Assembly (NCBI GenBank): GCA_002269645.1
Contig: NIVC01000436.1
Location: 372,001-436,000 of the forward strand
DNA length: 64,000 nucleotides
Source: Macrostomum lignano
Taxonomy: Eukaryota
Direction of reading: 5' to 3'
Positions 56,301 to 64,000 of the stretch are shown here, in pieces. The notes under the pieces are model-generated. The model searched no databases, was not told the origin of the DNA, and saw only the letters and a program-made list of their open reading frames with translations. Every line of letters begins with the position of its first letter. The first letter of the stretch is position 1. A program made the position numbers and the translations under genes.

Positions 56301-59222
56301 GCGACTGGTGCAACCACCACTTACGGAGGAGGCGGCAATCGGGCTCAGACGTCTTGTCGAGTCTTTTTCGACAGGGTCAGACGTCGCTTGAAAGTAGCGA
56401 AGTTAGCTATTCAGAGTAAAATAGGTTTGTTAGGGACTGCTTCTGGAATTTAAAAATCTCATGGGTTCTACTTATAACCAGTAGAGTTTTGTATCTTGTC
56501 ATCCGTATGATCTACGGATAATTAATTTGCAGATAAAATCAAGAAAAAGCGAAACGGTAGACGAATTACATGGTCGGCAGCTGGAGTGAACATCTATCTG
56601 AGGCTGGGCTCCGTTAGTGAGTATGGGATAAAAATAAATACCTGTTCATCATGCACAAGATTTAAATTCTTCAAGATATCAACAAAATCTAAACACGAAC
56701 CGAACCGGCAGTATTTGGCTTCGGTGTGATGGTCCACGACGGCTTCAAAATAGTCGACGTGCTGGAGAAACCCGACAGCGCACACTGCGCGGGACCCTGG
56801 TTCCTGCCTAAGCAAGTCATCCACTTGATCTTCATCGTGTGCCAGACCTACTACCTGTTTAAACATCATAGGGTACGTAGGCATGGTGGATGCTGCTCGC
56901 TGCAATCTACGAGCTAGATGAATCATCTGTTGACCATTTCCTGTAAAAAATCAGGTGACCATCAATACCCAGAAGCCATTGGTTCGATTCATACTGGTCC
57001 ACCTGATGGTGACTAACCTGTGCATCTGGGGCAAAACGGTAATCTACGAGATTAAGCTGAGCATTATGCATTTAGCGAACACGACTGAGCACCACAGCAA
57101 TGGGACCGGGGCAAAGCAAACACACTCCAGGACTCTGAGCACTTATTTGAACGCTACGTCGACAGGGCACTATCAGAATGGTTCAATAGGTAAAACAAAA
57201 AAATCAATTCTTATGTTCTAACCGTTTATGAATTTTGATAATCGCATCTCTTCCGCTTAACGCGCAGTTCATCCAGCCGCTCACTACTTATCTAAGTGCG
57301 ACGGGCTTCAACTGCCAGAAGAGGACAGCCCGTCGCATAAGCTCGGTCCGTACCTGTACCCATGCGCAGTCGAATACGGCCTCATCTGCGCCGCGATCTG
57401 CTTCAAACTGTTCGCTCGAGTTGGCGATGTCGAAGTCGTTCCCTACGGTAGGAAAGAGTCGCCCCAAGGACCTCGGGCCACCACGTGTCACAAATCGCAC
57501 AAGGGCCTGTTCCTAGGCCTCTTCATCATGATTTGCGTCCTGGTGCCGACTATTAGTCTGATATTTCTGCAACGGGAAAACGAGCCTGGCAGGCACAGGG
57601 ATCAGCACGCGCTAGCAGTGATTGCTGTCGAATGTCTCGTACTCGTCTGTACATCCGGAATGGCCGTGCTAGGAACTGTAAAAGCAGTCCGAAAATTGAA
57701 GCTCTACAAGCTCCATGGCAGCGAAGCTTTTGATGTCAACTTGCTGTTTGTTGGACTGGCTGGTAAGATATGTCACAGTACTTTTAGATCCAGTTAATCC
57801 TTTTAATCCTTCTAGTTAATCCAGTTAATACGCATACGACAGCGATGTGAAGATTCAAGAGATTTAACGGATTCACGACTGAAACATCGGGGGTTCTACA
57901 TACTTCGACCTACTCGGAACAATTTTTGGTCCTTGAGAAAGACACTTAACTCTGCATTGCTTCAGTTCACCCAGCTGTAAAATGGGTGCCAGCATTAGCT
58001 GGGGTAATTGAGGGTGTGGCGACCCCCCACTCCTTGGACTGAACAGCCGTACGCAGCCTTCAGATGCGCCACGCAATAGCTGTGGCTGAGCTGTCAGTAG
58101 CACATCTGGCCTAATTGGAGCACTTGTAATCAAATATTATTGTTATTATTATTATTATCTGACTGATGACTTTTGGACAAAATGTATCGATTAAAAAATA
58201 GCATGTCAAAGCTGCTGAACTTTGCTTTCAAAAATATCAGATGCCATAGCCTATCATCGTAACTCAATCAGGAATCATCTGCTACAACCTGTTCGTCACC
58301 ATCTCTGTCGGGGCATGCCTTCTCGACCCAGCGGCGGCCACTGTCGGCCCGACAGTGTCGATGACGCGGGAGCTTGGCTCCGGTATTGAGCACTGCCAGT
58401 GGGGCAGCCAGTTTCAATTCAATATTGCTCGACTTACCGGCTTGAAATCGTTTCTTGAAGTGACGCAATCGGTCGCGCAGACTCTGTTCATAATGCAGGT
58501 AAATACTTTACTCAAAGTTGATATATTTTACTCATGGTCCACTTCATAGCGAAAAGAGTTAAGAAGCACTGTCAATAGGTAGAAAGTTTTCCGTATTTTC
58601 CAGAATCAACTGCAAATACTGCACATTCAGAAATTGCAAATCACTATTAAAATAATCTGTTCTGTCCCAGGTTGATTCCTTCATTTCATTCACGAGGCTG
58701 TTTGGTAGTTTCACAAGTTAAAGTTTTTTTTCAAAACTATACAGGACACCGACGAATTTTTTTTGAAACGGGTCGTTTTGGCGGATTTTTTCTATGCCAA
58801 AACCTTATTTAACGATAACCAAGACAGCTCATCCTAAGGAATCCATTTTCAGGCGTTTAGCTGGTCTTCAATAATACTCCATACATTTACGTTCAAAGTC
58901 GGCTCCACCACCGGCTATTCACTAATTTTAGGCCATCCAACGCAAAGTGACTCTACAGTTAGCTGAAGGTCTGAGCAAGCCGGGCCGGGGAACCACCATA
59001 GCCCTGCTTATCGCCAACTTGGCCATGTGGGTCGCGTCCGTGTTTGAGTCGCAGCGAGACATTGCGGATCAACTTCTGCTTAACTATTTCGGCTCAATGC
59101 CGTGGAACATTATCAAATACATATTTCTGCCGCTAATTATATTCTATAGATTTCATTCTACAGTTTGCTTGTCGGAGATCTGGATACAGAGCTACAAATT
59201 GCCCAAGACGTCGCATCGCTAG
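53290..59222 (+). CDS. OTOP: Otopetrin-family proton channel; about 834 aa, 9 exons
   Basis: Exons 53290-53516, 54565-54730, 55806-56424, 56533-56616, 56712-56872, 56955-57189, 57268-57762, 58272-58498 and 58932-59222 are in phase. Family motifs IYLRLGSVIFGFG, QTYYLF, RFILVHLMVTNLCIW, YLYPCAVEY, CHKSHKGLFLG, QTLFI, KPGR...ANLAMW, LPLIIFYRFHSTVCLSEIW. Confidence 0.95.
54046..54403 (+). mobile_element. Second tRNA-derived SINE family, full length with A-tail
   Basis: 14-bp TSD AAATTCAATGCTAG (54032-54045 and 54404-54417). tRNA-like head GGGGGCCGTAGCCCAGCGGT (A box) with a degenerate B box GACTCGATTCG. Ends in AATAAAAAAA. Lies in otopetrin intron 1. Confidence 0.82.
57870..58140 (+). mobile_element. 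5'-truncated copy of the CORE-like SINE at 10134-10438
   Basis: Near-continuous similarity from CACGACTGAAAC to GCTGAGCTGTCAGT. (TAT)n tail. In otopetrin intron 7. Confidence 0.85.
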
Positions 59223-60081
59223 CTGCTGGTTTCTGCTAACATTATAGCCACCAATTTATTTCGTATTGTGCTTTTAATTTCATCTCGATGCATTGCAACT
59301 ACATGTACGGGTATATCTGATTGTAGAGTTCAACAAGTCGAAGACTTTTTGGCTTGTGTTTTTTAATTTATACGTAACTGCAAACCCCAATGGACAATCA
59401 GAAAAGGAATGCAAGTTTATACTACTAGCCTTTGTAATTATATACGAATACTGTTTTAAACCATCGTGCTATTATGTATTTTACTTATTAATGAAATTAA
59501 AGCTGTTGAAAAACCTGGATGATAATTACATTAGGTCAATTAAGTCAATAAGCTTAAACTCGACAATTTAAAATTGACTCGAAAATGAGATTCGTTGATT
59601 TAAGGATTGCGCGTCTACTACTGCATGTCCATACGAGTGTATCATTGAAAAACATACTTGAAACTTGTATTGCATTCCCTATCAAGCACCATTAATGCAA
59701 AAGTACAAAGTTTTTTGTTGGCAAAAATGATTATGCATTTTGGTTCCTGTAATACGCTCGTAGTTGCTCTTAATCAATAAAGATGCAAATAATTAGAATT
59801 TTATGCCTGAAAGATTTTATTCATGTTTCTTCCTATCTCAATGACTTTTTAACTTTCTTGTTTTGAACTCCAGCGGGTGCAGAAATTGTAGGATACTCTT
59901 CAACGTAAGAGCTACGGAGCACTTGCAACGTTAGATTGTAACTTTTAACTCTTGAATTTATCAATTTACTAAACATCGACTGATTCTGAACTTAAGTGAA
60001 GCCGAATCAGATACAAAAGAATCTATTAAACTTGAAAATTGTCGCCAAAAAAAGATAGTGAATAGCTTAGTGGCATTATTT

Positions 60082-63000
60082 TCACAACACTTCGCAGTTG
60101 CAGCAGCAGCTTTGCGGATAGTTCTCGCAGTACACGGCCCTGTTGTTCACTCCGTAGACGAAGAATTGAAATGGTTTCCTACGCCAAACAACGTCGCATT
60201 GGAACACGGGCACGCCACGGATCGAGTGACTCTGCAACAGGATGCGACCGGACTGACCCATGATTTGGTGATCGCGGATATAGCAGGAGGACATCATGTT
60301 TACATCTAGATCTGGGAAGGACTGAATAGGTCTTAGCTGCGGCTGAGTGTCCTCAAACAGGACCTGCTCAACAGAAGGGGTTGATTATTCATCGGTAAAT
60401 ATGCCAACCAAATGCAATGATACACAAAATCACGCAAGCTTTGAAAAAAATACAATTACAGCTCTTAAATTTGATATCCCACAAAAAGAGCTCAAAGGGT
60501 TACAAACAAGTCGTCCCAAGACTTCTCGTCCGGGTCACTTTGTCTGATTGGTACTACTTCTAGGTCGTTTCGTTCAAGAGCCAAGAAACTACGAGCGTAT
60601 ACCCAAAAGGTAGATACAATACAGTCAATACTTCGTCCGATTTCGTTGTTTCTCATTTGTCTCGGGCGAAACACCCGTCAATCTAAGAGTTTTTTATAGA
60701 AATTTAGACTTTTGTTTACTGTAATGTAATGCACCCATAACGTGAAACCCCCAGTCATACATCAAAACTCCACTTGCGGTCCTATATTTAAGCTTTAAAG
60801 TTGAGCGATTTGTATTGAATTATGCGTTGATGCACTGACGAAATAAATTTCTTACGCAAACGAACTGACTTGGGAGAAAAGTCAGGACGAGATGTCCTGT
60901 TCCCTGAACAAACAAGACTATTATCCAACTTACGGTGCCCTCGACGTCGCAAATCAGATGATCGGGTAGAGGCGTTCGCTCAATGATGAACTCCTTCGCG
61001 TGGGTCTCAAATTTAGTTGTCAATCGAACGAAGTACTTCACTTGGCCCGCAGCTTTGCAGGTGGCGCAGGGTACGTTGCCGCGGCCGGAACAAATCTTGC
61101 AAAGGATCGCGTTCGAGCCGCTGCAGCCGATGCACTTTTGATTTGAGTCTCTGAAGCCCACATTGGTGTCACTGCAATGAGAGCATCTGACCTGACCCCA
61201 ACCCATGCATTTGCAGCACTTGATAATTGCCGTGCCATTGCAGCCGTGACAGATTTTAACAGACGCCGTGTGCGGTACTTCCGTCTCGACGATGGTATCT
61301 TGAAACATGTTCGGCTGCGGGACCTATGCAAAGTCACAAAGACGTTTTTAAAAAACCTTAAGGAGCAAATAGTAAACATTTTGTCCAGGAATGGGAATGG
61401 GGACAATACAATACGTCATTTGATCTATTTTATTACGCATTACGTTTTCGTGCTTAGTTTTTCAGTGCACTTGTCGCATACATGAGTGGTGAATTTAGTG
61501 AGCTCGTTCAACATTGTAAAGCTGCACTTGCTATTCGGTTTACAAGAATTTGTCCCCCAGGGTTCCAGGATTCGGATTCTGAAGCTCCCAGAATTCTAGA
61601 CTATGAAGGTGCATCATTAGACACGGAAATTAGGAAATAGACACTAGATGCTGCATCTTTCTTGCTATTGTTTACATTGGCTCATCTTTCGAAAGGTCTT
61701 CGATTCTGCTCCATGATATGCGCGTAAAATGGGGCCGCAGTCCTGAGGGGAGCCAAAACATGTATTTGGTATCTGCCTGGTCGGCGCCCCCATCTTTGTC
61801 TCTTATGCTGGTGATGCCACGTCCAAGAGGTGGAGAAATTTGAGGATACCTAAAATCAGCGTAGGTTCAATGAAACGACACCTTTCGCATTACAGTGTGC
61901 ATCTTCAGGTTTATTTGAACTAACGAGTAGATCGCGAGCGAATAAATATGATATTTATGTTAATTTAATCAATAAATTATGTACATCTACACAATCGAAA
62001 GACAAGATCTAGGGACGGGCGCTTTGCGTTGAAGCCAACTGCTCTGAATGTGCCGCCAGTGCCCCTTTTAAGAACATACTTGTTAGTTCAAAAAACCTGA
62101 ACATGCGTATTTTGTAGTGCGAAACGCGTCGTACGACTTGCCAAGACGACTAACCTTACCGGGAAATTTGAGCCCTTGTCATTCGTTGAGCTTGTTGACC
62201 TTTCTATTTTTTTGAGAAGCAAAATTATTTAGGGCGATTTAAGAGGCCATGCATTCCCCTCTGTCTACGCCACTGCCATGTAACTCTTTTTAAGCCACAA
62301 CAAAGGTATGTAAGGAGCAGTTGGACACTGGTTAAAAACACTCTAGATTGAAGACTGTTCACTCTAAGTAAAGAATCTGACCTGAATTCGCCATGGATAT
62401 GGAGCCTGCCCGTTCATTGATCCATCAATAACCTGGCCTCGGTACGGCTCAAATGCCCAATTAGTCGATCGCTTCTCAATAAACGTTTTCAACTGGTAGT
62501 GAACTGCTGTGGTTTGAAGTAAATTTCTAAATTCCATTTTAAGCGCAGCGTTGGTGCCCCAGCAGCACATTGACTTGGCTTGCTGGTACAGCAGGTCCCG
62601 GGCTTCTTCTTCAGTAAGCTTGGCGCTTGGCGCGATAGTCTGCGGGGAAGCGACCGGGCTCGAGCTTCGAGGGCGCGGTGGCGGCGGTATGGAGGTCACG
62701 TTCGGCAGCAGGATCTTATCGTAGCCTGAAAGGATTTTTTGTGCAATTCTCTTTTTGTCCCAAAGCAACGAATGCTTTCCCGATAAAACTAAAATCACAA
62801 CAGAATAACACATTCCAATTGTGTTGCCAAAGTGCCCCTGGGTTTGATTCCCCTGCGAATATTTGGACTTCCAAATTCCATTTTGTACTTGGCCCTGAGT
62901 GAGAGGCTTGACTTCATCTGACTTAGCCGCAAGGCTGTCCCAGAGGGGACACAGCGGGAAGGCCATTCCGCTAATCCCTGAACGGTCGACACGTTGCTAT

Positions 63001-63827
63001 GAACGAAGGGTTGGCGCAGTGGGAATGTGTTTAAAAAGGCTAGGAATGGTGGGCACTGTCTGGCGATGTGATGATATTCACTGCGGATGTACATTCTGTG
63101 TGTGTTGCTTCGTCAGTGGGCAAGGTTCAGGGAAATAGGTATTCTTAATTACTTCGAGTAGTCTCATAAGCTAGTTGTATCAGTCGACTGCTGACTGTTA
63201 CGGACAAGGTTAATAAGTTCCGTTTCCTGGAACATCCAATCGACCAATTTGCTAACCCGCAATCTTCTCCATTTTTGCCAGCGGCACCGCTGCTGGAGCC
63301 TCCTCAGCTTCCCGCTGTTGCTGCGTCTTGCCGTTGTCTTTGGGGATCTGGCCGACAGCCCCAACTAACCGGTGACCAAAGCTTGGCGAGGCCAGTAGAG
63401 CTCCCGGTCTAGCAGGTTGTTGCTGGGGAGACCTTCCGGTCGGCGTGGGACTGAATGAAGTTTGCAGAACGGCTCCCTGCTGCTGAGATGACGCTCGTCC
63501 AACTGGATTTCCAGTGGGCTCAGCTCGTCCCAGACTCGCACTGGTTAATGTTGAGCCCGATGTAGTTCCGGAGAGTCTTTGTTGCCCTGCTGCCCGCTGC
63601 TGCGAGCCTGCGATTGTAGTTTGGCTGAGGCCGACGGGACTTTGTTGGTCCGATTTCGATGAATCTGAGGTGACTGCATCTCCAAAAACTTGTTGCTGAG
63701 ATAAGCCTTGCTGCTGCGGTGTATCTCTGTTCCCCATGGTCGACCGCACATTGATCTGCTGGCTCTGGTCATCGCTTTTGAGAGCTGGAGGAAGGCCCTG
63801 TGGCCCTCGTTTATTCCCGTGGTTCAT
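60082..63827 (-). CDS. SSUH2: SSUH2 homologue (DnaJ-type CxxCxGxG zinc-finger repeats); 528 aa, 4 exons
   Basis: Exons 63257-63827, 62382-62725, 60934-61323 and 60082-60363 are in phase. Motifs TEEEARDLL..., CCWG, LKTFIEKRSTNWAFEPY, VPHTASVKICHGCNG, repeated CxxC, FFVYG...VYCENYP. Ends CCCNCEVL (CaaX). Confidence 0.93.
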
Positions 63828-64000
63828 GCTGCATCGATTGAGGCTTGAATTCCCTTACATTTTGCATCACAAAGTCAGATCTTGTTTGTTTTAATTTCCC
63901 GAATATACCGAATCATTTTCTTTTTTACTTCCTATATGTGGCAGAAGAATCTATGGCACAAAATCATCACTTAGAGCAATAGGATCCGGCATTCTAAAAA

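Noticed and set aside
62258-62276. CCCTCTGTCTACGCCACTG, a MITE-like terminal sequence
   Set aside because: No matching opposite TIR or TSD could be located.

Overview
Repeat-rich eukaryotic (invertebrate animal) genomic DNA. Intron style, codon usage and gene content resemble a free-living flatworm such as Macrostomum; this is inference only. Seven spliced protein-coding genes could be rebuilt by hand with in-phase GT-AG junctions: (1) a 14-exon long-rod intermediate-filament protein with an LMNTD1-type lamin-tail domain (4471-24838, +); (2) a GM2-activator/ML-domain protein; (3) a class A peptide GPCR; (4) a small secreted helical protein; (5) a candidate CRF/DH44-like neuropeptide precursor; (6) an otopetrin; (7) an SSUH2 homologue (-). 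Intron 12 of the IF gene holds a young, full-length 10.1-kb Ty3/Gypsy LTR retrotransposon in antisense orientation, with near-identical LTRs and a 4-bp TSD. The element has several unusual traits: an interrupted tRNA-Leu PBS with tandemly repeated PBS fragments, a -1 slippery site followed by in-frame stops before the protease, a repeat-containing spacer between RNase H and integrase, and about 1.5 kb of extra coding sequence after integrase. The last IF intron holds a tRNA-Phe(GAA). Also present are two tRNA-derived SINE families (each with one TSD-flanked copy), hAT-type MITEs and about 20 mini/microsatellite arrays covering roughly a fifth of the window. The first ~3.7 kb contains a near-total CpG void with TpA/CTAG excess, resembling RIP-like C-to-T hypermutation.
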